Positions 1 through 10,000 of a stretch of 31,881 nt of DNA are shown one piece after another. Source of the stretch: Candidatus Heimdallarchaeota archaeon. Its GTDB lineage: Archaea; Asgardarchaeota; Heimdallarchaeia; Heimdallarchaeales; Heimdallarchaeaceae. How positions within the stretch are numbered: the first letter of the stretch is position 1; every line of letters starts with the position of its first letter. The notes under the pieces are model-generated. The model did not search any database. It saw nothing but the letters and a program-made list of their open reading frames with translations, and was not told the origin of the DNA. The DNA is taken from positions 1 through 31,881 of the forward strand of contig DAOVET010000024.1 in assembly GCA_030668825.1 (NCBI GenBank), in the 5' to 3' direction. The position numbers were made by a program, and so were the translations under genes.

Positions 1-1434
1 AAAATCCAATCAGCTTTAGATCATGGTTTACAATATGCAAAGAAATCAGGAGCAGATTATTGTGAAGCTTTTGGATTAAATCAGAAATCATACAATTTAG
101 AAGTTGAAAAAGATAAACCAAAACACAATATAGGTATATTACATGGTTTAGCATTCAGAGTAATTGCAAACAAGGCTCAAGGTTTTGCTTACACTTCGTC
201 TTTCGAAAAAAAGGATATTGAAATGACTGTAAAAATGGCAATACAATGTGCTCAAACCAAGAAACAAGATCCTGATCTTAAACCATTTCCAGAACCTAGG
301 AAAAATAAAGCAAAACTTGACTTAGATGAAGATTTATTTAATCTCGATTCAGATCAAGCAGCTGAAGTCTTTGAGCAAATGCTTCCTACCGACTTACCTA
401 AAGATCTTTACTTCTTACAAGCTATGGGTTTTATGGGAATTGGTGATTCATTTCTCAAAACTTCACAAGGTATTGATATTCATGATAGAGATGCAGGATA
501 TGGATTAGGTATAGGATATTTATCCACTCATGGTTTTCCAAATTATGATTTTCATTTCGAAGGAAGTCGAACTTGGGGCCAAGTTAAACCAAAAGAAATT
601 AGCCAAATAGCAATTGACAAAACACTAAAATCTGCTAAACCCCAAACAATGTCTCTTGCAGGTGACTATCCAATAATCATAACTCCAGAAGGCTCTTATG
701 GTCTTTTTGGAGGTCTGCTTATGATTTTAGATACACTTCTACGTGGTGATAAAGCATCTAGAGGTGAAACAGTCTATGCAGATAAAATTGGAGAACAAAT
801 AGCACCAGATAACTTTACTCTAACCGATGATCCTCTCCATCCAGACATGATTACTTCTGCTTTATATGATGCAGAAGGTACTCCAACTGAAAGAACAAAC
901 TTAATCGAGAATGGAATTCTCAAAACCTATTATCTTGATAGCTACTATGGAGGGAAACTGAATATGGAAAGTAATGGAAAAGCTCAAAGAGGTGGTTTCT
1001 TTGGAGGCAATCCTGCTAAAACTCCACCTGCAATTGGAACCTATGCTACAATGATAGATCCAGGTGATTCCTCTCTAGATGAAATGTTGTCTGAAACTAA
1101 AGAAGGTTTTATGATGAAAAGTTTCATGGGCATACATATGTCTGACTTAAGCAGTGGAAGATTTGCAGTCACTGGTTCTGGATGGTATGTAAAAGGTGGT
1201 GAGATAAAATTCCCTGTTCAAGATATCTCTGTCTCTGGCACAATTCCTGAACTTCTTCTGAACATAGACTTAATTTCAAAAGAAAGAACAAAGGGATTGA
1301 ACAATGAAGTACCATATTTAAGGATAAAACAACTCAGTGTTACTGCCAAGAAACTTGATTTCAAAATCAGATTTGGGTATAAAGTTCTAAAAACTCTTGT
1401 TAAGTTAGGGATAGCTAAAAATCCCTTTATCTAA
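1..1434 (+). CDS. pmbA: PmbA/TldE family protein (non-catalytic partner of TldD protease), 5'-truncated
   Basis: Frame is open from base 1 (KIQSALDHGLQYAKKSGADYCEAF...GLAFRVIANKAQGFAYTS), so the gene starts before the window, not at 223. Motifs DDP, YDAEGTPT, LIENGILKTY, SNGKAQR, SSGRFAV, GWYVKGGEI. No HExxxH, so TldE rather than TldD. Confidence 0.88.
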   Translation, partial: KIQSALDHGLQYAKKSGADYCEAFGLNQKSYNLEVEKDKPKHNIGILHGLAFRVIANKAQGFAYTSSFEKKDIEMTVKMAIQCAQTKKQDPDLKPFPEPRKNKAKLDLDEDLFNLDSDQAAEVFEQMLPTDLPKDLYFLQAMGFMGIGDSFLKTSQGIDIHDRDAGYGLGIGYLSTHGFPNYDFHFEGSRTWGQVKPKEISQIAIDKTLKSAKPQTMSLAGDYPIIITPEGSYGLFGGLLMILDTLLRGDKASRGETVYADKIGEQIAPDNFTLTDDPLHPDMITSALYDAEGTPTERTNLIENGILKTYYLDSYYGGKLNMESNGKAQRGGFFGGNPAKTPPAIGTYATMIDPGDSSLDEMLSETKEGFMMKSFMGIHMSDLSSGRFAVTGSGWYVKGGEIKFPVQDISVSGTIPELLLNIDLISKERTKGLNNEVPYLRIKQLSVTAKKLDFKIRFGYKVLKTLVKLGIAKNPFI

Positions 1435-1491
1435 TTTTCTTTTTACATTAGAATTCAGATAAAACAAAAAAAGAAAAAGAAAGATAAGAAT
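1435..1491. terminator. Probable bidirectional T-rich terminator region between convergent genes
   Basis: TTTTCTTTTT follows the pmbA stop; AAAAAAAGAAAAAGAAAG gives T-tracts on the minus strand after the surface-protein stop. Confidence 0.45.
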
Positions 1492-4335
1492 TTATCTCTT
1501 TTTGGTAAATATTACTGCACTAGCTACTGCAGCTAATCCAATTATGCTTAGAATTGATACTATACCGAATTCATTAACTGCTGGTAATCCACCAATCAAT
1601 GTGTAAAGATCAGGTAGTGTCTTGAAATTAGCACCAATAGACATTTCGATGTAAGCGGATAGAATACCACCATTCATACCATAGTTTGGTACTTGAGTGA
1701 CTTCGAACTCGAAGCTTGCTTTAGCTCCAGCTCCTAGAACAATTCCGGTTGTGTAATCTACACCTATCCAAATTGAACCTCTAATCCAACCATCTTGTGT
1801 AATTGTTTCCCAAACGTAGTCTCCATTGAGCATTGACCATCCAAAGTCAATTTGTGCGTCAATTGTAACATAGTAGTATATAATATTTTGAGCAGTATAA
1901 TTGTATTGGTCAGCAACAAGGTTTAGATCGATTGTCGTTAGATCAACATTTGTGTTTTGAAGTGCTAATGCACTTAATGCAGATTCTAAGTATGGTGTTA
2001 CACTAACTATAGAACTCATAGTAGTCCATAGACCATTATACATTTCCCAGTCATTAGGATTCCACATGGGTCCTTGTGGTGAGAAAATTGGCCAGACATA
2101 GTTACCTAGTTCAGGTGGTTTAGAAACATTCGCTGGATCATACATTGTAACATCAGCTTCAGCCCACAAACCATCGAAACCAACCATATCAACACCTAGA
2201 ATTGGATTACCAATTGAGGATAAACCATTTGTCTTGAATTCAGTGATACCATCTACAAAATCTGGATCAGATGCAGGTGGTAAATCAAAGTAGAAAACAA
2301 AGTTGTTTACCAGGTAAGTCCATGAACTTGGTGATGGTACTGAAGGTGTAACATCAACTGTTTTAGCAGGAACATATTCTATGGTTAAATTAGCCCAAAC
2401 ATCAGTCATTGAGTAAAAATCAAGATCTGTTGTAACATTTAGTAGCATACCAGAAACAGTATCATAACCCCAGAATACATCTAGTGAAATTCCTGGTTCA
2501 GTAGCATTCAAATGCATTTCAATTTCAAAGTAATCATTTGCAATATCATAAGTAGTTGTTATACCTGGTGTGCCTTCAGTATCGTTTTGAATTTGAGAGA
2601 ATGTATTTAACTCATTCCAATCAGTTGTTCCAGCATAGAAAGTTTGCATTGGAATAATCATATCACTAAATGGCCAGTAATCATGTGCACCCCAATTGAA
2701 TTCCCAACGTTCACCCTCACCAAAAAGCATGTTTAGATCAGAAAGTATTGTGAAATCCATTAGTGGAGTTGGTACCAATGAACCAGTTCCTAATGTAAAT
2801 TCGAAATCAGGTAGAGTCATAGTGTAGAATGGACCAGCACTCCAGAGCCAATTCAATGAATCAGGACTAGTAACTAAAGTTGCATATAGATAACCATTGT
2901 CATATCCTTCATCATATTGACGTTCATAAATGAAGTTTGCACCTTGTTCATAAGGATCTACAGTTGAAGGTGAGTATGGTAAGGCAGATGGTACATTATT
3001 TGCTGGAAGCATTGCTATTTTATCAGCAGTTGCATTTGCGAAACCATCAAAATATGCGTTGTATCTGTAATTCTGCATACCTTGTAAGTATTGTTCTCCA
3101 ATATTATATCCATAATATCCATCGTCGTATCCTGCGTTATATCCAGCAACTATTCCTTCTTGGTATCCAGCATCTCTGGCATCCCATGGATCAGGCCATG
3201 GTTCAGGAGGCCAATAATTTGGTCCAGGATATGCACCTAATTTGTCAGCGTCACCATCCCAGTATCCATTCCAATATTGATTTTCATAGCCCTCTACATA
3301 GCCACCCCAGTAGGTTTGCCATTCATTGTCATATAGATCGTTGTATAATTCTCTTCTGAAGTACTCTTGAGCGCCTTCATATAGAAAACCTTCATGATAC
3401 CACATTTCGTAGTATTTGGGATAATCCCAATTGTAACCGAAGTCATAGACATCTGTTGCTGTTGGTAATGAACCCATGAATCTCTTATCTGGAATTCTGT
3501 TTGCTAGATAATCACCCTGTCCAGTACTAAAACCATCAGCTTTCGCACTTTGAAATCCATCGTAATATCCATCTAATGCAAGCCAACCATCATACCATAC
3601 TGGATTTCCTCCACTTTCGTATGAGGCCTGGAAGCCTATATCATAACCTACAGCAAGCCCTAAGTCATGACCAAACCACCATATGTCTTCATCACCGTAC
3701 CAGTTTTCTTGAGGATAAGGATACCAGTTATTGTAACCCATAGAATTGTTCTCGTGATCGAAACCTTCTACGAATGTGGTTGGGAATGAACTATTAAATC
3801 CACTCCAGAATTCAGGTTCGATGGGGTCTCTAAAATTACCCCAAGGCCAATAATCCCAGTAATCTGTTAGGTTAGTCTTTGCAAAGTCTTCAGGAAATGA
3901 AAACTGTGATGCATTTACATATACTCCCAATTCATCATTTAGTTGTAAGAATGTGAATATTTCCATTGCTTCAGCTAAAGTTTGATTTTCGTATCCACCA
4001 ACCATATCATCCCATTGATATAGATAGATGTTGTCCATAGCGGCAATATATGTAACAATTTCGCTACCCTCTAACGATCCAATTATTCCTTTATCAAAGG
4101 ATGGACCTCCGACTTGTTCAAGAAGCATATCTAGGATATCCCAAATTCCATCACCATATTGGAACTCTGAAATGTTGTAGTAAAGCTTTTGACCACTTGT
4201 TACAGCATTAAGTTCGGGAGTTGATGGAAAAGGAGAATCTGTATATGCATCTGTTACAGCCATCGGTGAAGAAGGAGTAACAAAAGGCAGTAATATTATT
4301 AATAAACCTATTCCTAAAAATATCTGTCTTTTCAT
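1492..4335 (-). CDS. Large acidic secreted surface (S-layer/adhesin-like) glycoprotein with C-terminal sorting signal
   Basis: Likely start is ATG 4335 (MKRQIFLGIGLLIILLPF signal peptide, GAGGGG RBS upstream), not 4416. Many N-X-S/T sequons. C-terminus PAVNEFG + hydrophobic helix + KKR. Confidence 0.8.
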   Translation of the reverse strand: MKRQIFLGIGLLIILLPFVTPSSPMAVTDAYTDSPFPSTPELNAVTSGQKLYYNISEFQYGDGIWDILDMLLEQVGGPSFDKGIIGSLEGSEIVTYIAAMDNIYLYQWDDMVGGYENQTLAEAMEIFTFLQLNDELGVYVNASQFSFPEDFAKTNLTDYWDYWPWGNFRDPIEPEFWSGFNSSFPTTFVEGFDHENNSMGYNNWYPYPQENWYGDEDIWWFGHDLGLAVGYDIGFQASYESGGNPVWYDGWLALDGYYDGFQSAKADGFSTGQGDYLANRIPDKRFMGSLPTATDVYDFGYNWDYPKYYEMWYHEGFLYEGAQEYFRRELYNDLYDNEWQTYWGGYVEGYENQYWNGYWDGDADKLGAYPGPNYWPPEPWPDPWDARDAGYQEGIVAGYNAGYDDGYYGYNIGEQYLQGMQNYRYNAYFDGFANATADKIAMLPANNVPSALPYSPSTVDPYEQGANFIYERQYDEGYDNGYLYATLVTSPDSLNWLWSAGPFYTMTLPDFEFTLGTGSLVPTPLMDFTILSDLNMLFGEGERWEFNWGAHDYWPFSDMIIPMQTFYAGTTDWNELNTFSQIQNDTEGTPGITTTYDIANDYFEIEMHLNATEPGISLDVFWGYDTVSGMLLNVTTDLDFYSMTDVWANLTIEYVPAKTVDVTPSVPSPSSWTYLVNNFVFYFDLPPASDPDFVDGITEFKTNGLSSIGNPILGVDMVGFDGLWAEADVTMYDPANVSKPPELGNYVWPIFSPQGPMWNPNDWEMYNGLWTTMSSIVSVTPYLESALSALALQNTNVDLTTIDLNLVADQYNYTAQNIIYYYVTIDAQIDFGWSMLNGDYVWETITQDGWIRGSIWIGVDYTTGIVLGAGAKASFEFEVTQVPNYGMNGGILSAYIEMSIGANFKTLPDLYTLIGGLPAVNEFGIVSILSIIGLAAVASAVIFTKKR
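2884..3590 (-). repeat. Three ~70-aa Gly/Tyr-rich protein repeats
   Basis: Each unit is a GYxxG/YxxG helix, G/A-D-K/Y, a Pro-rich loop, D, then a GY..GY..G helix (e.g. GYQEGIVAGYNAGYDDGYYG, YDEGYDNGYLY). Confidence 0.65.
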
Positions 4336-4502
4336 ATTTGAACCCCTCTTGGTTCTATAACTATATAGCAAATTTTCATTTAAAAATATAATGTTCGTGT
4401 TTTTTCGAACTTTCATATTAAAAATCAGAAGTTTTTGAAAATAGCTCTTTTTAAATCACTAAACAATCTCAAAGAAAGAAGGATAAAAATGTGATTTCTT
4501 TG

Positions 4503-4688
4503 TTAATCTAGCTCAGTTGGTTGCTCAAACTGGCTCCCAAAGAAATCGAATATTTGATAACTTCCGCACTCAGGACAATAAAAAGTTAGAATGAAAGCTT
4601 TTGTCCTATCTTCTCCAATAAACTCTTGCTCACACATTTTCTCACAGAATTTGCAGTAAATGTTAAGTTTTGGTTTTTCCTCTGCCAT
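4503..4688 (-). CDS. Small zinc-ribbon protein (61 aa)
   Basis: CKFC...CPECG pairs; GGTGAG RBS upstream; co-oriented with the aminotransferase. Confidence 0.75.
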   Translation of the reverse strand: MAEEKPKLNIYCKFCEKMCEQEFIGEDRTKAFILTFYCPECGSYQIFDFFGSQFEQPTELD

Positions 4689-4730
4689 TAGTTCTCACCA
4701 TTGATTTGGTATACTCATTTTTAAGTTATT

Positions 4731-5906
4731 TCATTTTCCCTTCGAATGTTCTAACATTCTAGTTAATCTGTGAATAACGTCTTCTATCTTTGCCATATTA
4801 ACTGATCCGAAACTTGCTCTTATATAATTGGTTTGAGATGGGCCAAATTCTGTACCAGGTACCAAAACGACTCTAGCTTCTTCAAAAGATTTATTGGAAA
4901 ACTCCTCACCAGTTGAATATTTTGTTTCTGAAATATCTGGATAGCAATAAAATGATCCTGATGAGTTATGGCATTTAATCCCCTCAATTGAGTTAAAACC
5001 TTTTACTATTGCATCTCTTCTCTGTTGAAACTCGTTTTTAATAAATGTTTGAAATTCCCCAGCTTCTTCTGTATCCATGAAATTAGCAAGAGCTACTTGT
5101 GCAGGGGTTGTTGCATTAGCAATTACATAAGCATGATACCCTAGCATTGGTTTCATAATTTCAGCTGTTGAAACTCCAAATCCAATTCTCCAACCAGGAA
5201 TGGCAAATGTTTTTGAAAAGGAATTAGCAGTTAAGGTTCGTTCATAAGCACCATCTATTGCACCTATATGGACATGCTTCTTGTCATTGAAGGTATAGTA
5301 TTCATATACTTCATCACTTATAATCATAAGATTGTGATCTACAGCTATATCAACAAGAGCTTTTAGTTCTTTTTTCTTCATAATGGCACCAGTTGGATTG
5401 CTGGGAAAGTTCAGAATCATCATCTTAGTCTTTTCATTTACTAAATCCTTAGTTTTCTCAATATCAATTTTGAAATCATTTGTAGATGGCATCCAGACAG
5501 TTTTACCACCCGCTAATTGAACTTGGTGGGGATATGTTAGGAAGGAAGGATCTTGAATTAGCACTTCATCACCATTTTGAATATAGGTTTGTAATGCTAT
5601 GTATACTAGCTGAACACCACCACATGTAACTATAGTACCTTCTTCACTATTATAATCAACACCATATTCTTCTTTGTATTTTCTAGTGATCATTTTTCGA
5701 AGTTTTGGATTACCTGGAGATTGGTCGTAATTGTTGAAATTAAAGTTTACAGCATCACTGATAGCTTTTTTTAGCCCATCTGGAGTATGAATGTCTGGAG
5801 CCCCAATACCTAAGGAGATAGTATCAGGTATACCTTGTGCTTTTGCAAAAAGTTCACGAATGCCACTTGGTTTAATTTTTTGCATCTTCTCTGAATGGAA
5901 ACTCAT
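4731..5906 (-). CDS. PLP-dependent class I/II (aspartate-type) aminotransferase
   Basis: ISLGIGAPD, NFPSNPTG, ISDEVYE and the PLP-lysine motif SFSKTFAIPGWRIG. Confidence 0.93.
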   Translation of the reverse strand: MSFHSEKMQKIKPSGIRELFAKAQGIPDTISLGIGAPDIHTPDGLKKAISDAVNFNFNNYDQSPGNPKLRKMITRKYKEEYGVDYNSEEGTIVTCGGVQLVYIALQTYIQNGDEVLIQDPSFLTYPHQVQLAGGKTVWMPSTNDFKIDIEKTKDLVNEKTKMMILNFPSNPTGAIMKKKELKALVDIAVDHNLMIISDEVYEYYTFNDKKHVHIGAIDGAYERTLTANSFSKTFAIPGWRIGFGVSTAEIMKPMLGYHAYVIANATTPAQVALANFMDTEEAGEFQTFIKNEFQQRRDAIVKGFNSIEGIKCHNSSGSFYCYPDISETKYSTGEEFSNKSFEEARVVLVPGTEFGPSQTNYIRASFGSVNMAKIEDVIHRLTRMLEHSKGK

Positions 5907-5972
5907 CGATAACCAACTCGAGTAAAAATGGAGTTAAATTAAATCTTTTCGTAGGGCACAAGACCACGATAC

Positions 5973-7031
5973 CTACAACAATGTGGAAATCTTTGTAGTT
6001 GGTGATTCCAGCTCTGCTAGAATTTGTTTTGTTTTACTTCTCAAAGTAAGCTTTTCCTCAGATTTGTCAATTAACTCTTTTGCTTTCTGAATAGCTGATT
6101 GCATTGTATATTCATTATGTAAAGGAATTCCTATATCTGAAATATATTCAAGAACATCGAGAGGTTTAGGGTAGTAGGAAATAGATGGAGTTCCTAAAGC
6201 TGCTGCTTCTCTAGCCATAGTAGCCCCACCTGTTATACACAAGTCCGAATAATAATACAAAGTTAATGTATCTACAGCTCTTGGGGGAACAATAATTCTG
6301 TTCTTAAATTTCTTTTTTAATAATTTTTCTTGTTTTTCATACCTGGGAAAAACTACAGCTCTTCCATTATATGTTTCGAAAATTTCTTCCAAAATCTCAA
6401 CTAGAAGAGTCTGTCCAACCATATTTCTTTCAAGCATATAAGCAGCACTACTTTCCTCTGGACGACCTACAATGAAACTATCATCTACATGTAATCCTAA
6501 TATCTCAAGAGTTTCTTTTTGGGGTTTAAAATCTTGCAACCATGCTACTTCATCAATACCATCATATGGCTCTAATTGATCTCGTGTAGCTCCAAGTGAG
6601 AACCATTTCTCATCAGTTATACATGAACTATAAACTAAATATTTAGATAATGGAATCGTCAATTTTCCAACGGCCTTTGCATGGGGCGAGTCATTAATTG
6701 TAATAGTAGGTATTCCTAAACCAAAAGCTACTCTGGTTGATTCAGGGGACGAGAAGGATATATGGTAATCTGGTTTATTTTCAAGACCGTTAATATATTC
6801 TGCAAGTTGTGCAATTCTCTCATTTCCGGCCTTTAATTTGCCATACAGAGTTCCACCTCCATGTTTACCCATTATTTCTACATCTAGGTCCAAAAGAAAG
6901 AACAGACTGGCAACATAATCATAATTTCTGCATGTGAAAATAGCTTCATGACCTGCTTTCTCTAATTCTTTCGCTATTGCATTAAACAGTAAGGGTTCTT
7001 TTGAAGTTACAGCATCAAACCAGACAATCAT
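5973..7031 (-). CDS. DUF354-family GT-B fold glycosyltransferase-like protein
   Basis: IVWFD start, GKHGGGTLYGKL, SPESTRVAFGLGIP, NDSPHA, RPEESSAAY, GGATMAREAAALGTPSISYYP. Confidence 0.85.
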   Translation of the reverse strand: MIVWFDAVTSKEPLLFNAIAKELEKAGHEAIFTCRNYDYVASLFFLLDLDVEIMGKHGGGTLYGKLKAGNERIAQLAEYINGLENKPDYHISFSSPESTRVAFGLGIPTITINDSPHAKAVGKLTIPLSKYLVYSSCITDEKWFSLGATRDQLEPYDGIDEVAWLQDFKPQKETLEILGLHVDDSFIVGRPEESSAAYMLERNMVGQTLLVEILEEIFETYNGRAVVFPRYEKQEKLLKKKFKNRIIVPPRAVDTLTLYYYSDLCITGGATMAREAAALGTPSISYYPKPLDVLEYISDIGIPLHNEYTMQSAIQKAKELIDKSEEKLTLRSKTKQILAELESPTTKISTLL

Positions 7032-7094
7032 TAAACCAATACAAACTTTAATACAAAAAAACCTTATGCTTGAAAGGTAAAAGAAAAAGAAGGA

Positions 7095-10000
7095 TTAATC
7101 GCATTTGCTATAACCACAACTCCTGCAAGTAAAGCACCCTTCAGCAAACTCTAACATGCTTCCACAATCTGGACAAGCAATTGTTCCATTGGGACGGATG
7201 ATGGTTTCACCATCCAGATATTTCTCTAGAACATGAGCTATTCCATCTGGACATGATAAAACAGTTTGTCCTTGATAGAAGTTAGGATTTGGACATCGTA
7301 TTCCTGATAAATGGTCTGCAATCGATTCTAGTTTTATCCCTGATCTCAATGCAAGAGAGATCAACCTTCCAACAGCCTCACTCTGGCTAGCAATACAACC
7401 TCCACTCTTACCTACCTGAACAAAAACTTCACAAACTCCTTTTTCATCTCTGTTAACTGTAACATAAAGATTACCACAACCTGAACGAATCTTGTGGGTT
7501 CGACCTTCTGTTACCTCAGGCCTTGGTCGTGGTTCAACTTTCTCAGAAATAATAGTTAGTGTCTTTGCATCTTGTTTTTCTGGTTTCTTTGTTGAGAGTA
7601 CCTGATATTTTCTTGAACCATCGCGATAAACAGTTATACCCTTACATCCTTGTTTGTATGCTAACATATACGCATTAGCTATATCTTCCTTTGTAGCAGT
7701 AGAGGAAAAATTAATTGTCTTTGAAGTGGCATTGTCGTTATATCTCTGAAAAGCTGCTTGCATCCTAATATGCCATTCAGGAGTTATATCGTGAGAAGTA
7801 ACAAAGATATTTCTTAAATCCTCAGGAACCTCTTCCAAATCTTGAATAGTGTTAGAGGAAGACACTTTTTCTAGTAGTTCTTCTGAATGGATTTTTAAAT
7901 CCTTTAGATTTTGTTCAAAAAGTGGATTGACATCAAAAAGCTTCTTTCCATCCAGTACATTTCGAGTAAAGGCTATAGCATAATAAGGTTCGATACCGCT
8001 GGAACAGCCTGCGATTAAAGAAATAGTTCCTGTAGGTGCTATTGATGTAACAGTGGCATTACGAAGGTTTTCAGATTGATCTCTATATATACTTCTATTG
8101 AAATTGGGGAAGTTTCCTCTCTTTTCACCTAATACTTGAGATTCATCCCGTGCTTTTTTTTGCACAAAAGCCATCACTTCATTTGCCTTAGCTAACCCCT
8201 CTTCTGAATCATAACGAATTTTTAGTTTTACAAGTAAATCAGCAAAACCCATAATTCCAAGACCTATTTTGCGATTGGCTTTAGTTATCTGTTCAATTTC
8301 TGGAAGTATATACTGATTTTTTTCAATTACATTATCTAGAAAACGAACAGCTGTTCTTACGGAATTTTCCAACAAGTCCCAATCGATTTTACCTTTTTTT
8401 ACATGCTGCAAAAGGTTAATAGAACCGAGGTTGCAACTCTCCCAAGCTAGCATAGGCAATTCGCCGCAATTTCTCGTCTTGAGATAGGTTATTTTCTTGC
8501 TTTTGTCCGATTTTGATGTAAATCCTCCAATGAAATAGCTGTGAAAATCATCAACTGTTCCGTTATAAACATCTTCCTTACCTATATACTCGACATCTAC
8601 AATGCGATGATTATACATAACCGCAGCTTCTTTGAGTTCATAGTAAGTTTGAAATCCGTATTTTGTTCCCAATCTATACGGAATTTCTTCATCTTTACAT
8701 TTGCTTACCCACTCTTTCTTGAAAGGAATACGTTTAAATTCAGATTTTAATCCTTTGAATATCTTAATTTGAAGTTCTTTGTTATTTTCAGTTTTTTTCT
8801 TATAAGTATAATTTATACTCTTTATTCTATTGTGCTTTATTTTTTCATCAGTATTGAAAACTTCAATTGAGCATTTTTGGCTACAGTAGCTTATTTCTCT
8901 TTTAGAATAGCTTAAATCAAAAGCTGAACCACAGTGTTCACATACTTTTCTAACTCTTACTGAATTCTTGTCAAGGTAACATTCCAGATCTGTTTGTTTT
9001 TTACAATATTCTAGTTTTCTTTTCGCTCTTCTTCTATAACCTAGTTCAGTTTTCTTTCTGTATCTTTTGTTCTGCCAGAGTTTTATTGATTTATTTGATT
9101 GTATTTTTTTGTAATTTGGATCAATGGCATGACAGTTCCTAATACTTACCCCAATTTTCTTTTTTACACCATCGGATAATACTACTCCAAAACGCGGATT
9201 ATTTTCTCCTTTGGTTTGGTAGAACGGGTTTTTCTTTTTATATAATTCCCATTTCTTGTTATCTTTTTTGATTTTGTAAATAGGGTTATTATTCCCTTTA
9301 ATGCTCTCACTATGAAGTAAATAGTGTGCATCTATTGTCATTATTTCTAGATTTTCTGGTTCATTGTTTTCAGAGTTGAAATCTTTATGATGAACTACAA
9401 ATTCCTCAGGTATAGACTTATCGTTATTATGGAAGAAACTAGCAATATGTGTGTGCTCAGATTTGTCACTTTTACCCCTATTATACATTCGCCAATATCT
9501 ATTAAATTCAGTAACTGTGTATTTTCCTTTCTGTGGTTGTAGTCTTTTAGTTAAAATATGAAGACTATCATTAGGTTTTAACTCATCAACCCTTTTCATT
9601 GACCCATCTCTTAAGTAGAACTTGTGATTAGCTGTTGCTTTAATTTCTTCTCCTGTATCCAAACTAATTCGATAGATGGGTTGTTTTGTTCCAGTTTTTC
9701 GTGGATTTCTCATATATCTAATTGCTATTTTTCCTTCAAAATTTTCAGAAAAAACAGGTACGTCTTGTTCTTCATCAGCTAGTTGTTTTATAGATACAGA
9801 ACCTCTTCCATCAGCTGTATAAACAAGAGTATCTCCAGTTACACATGGATTAGTGCTCTCTATCTCGCCTAATTCTGGAGTGGGATTGTCTTTATTAATT
9901 CTATCAATAAAAACAATTCCTGGTTCTCCATTCTTCCAAGCCATTTCCACAATTTTATTGAAAACTTCCTTAGCATTCATTCTTCCAAGTGCTTTGTTTA

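Noticed and set aside
2937-3359. 140-aa plus-strand ORF
   Set aside because: Antisense shadow of the GY-repeat region of the surface protein.
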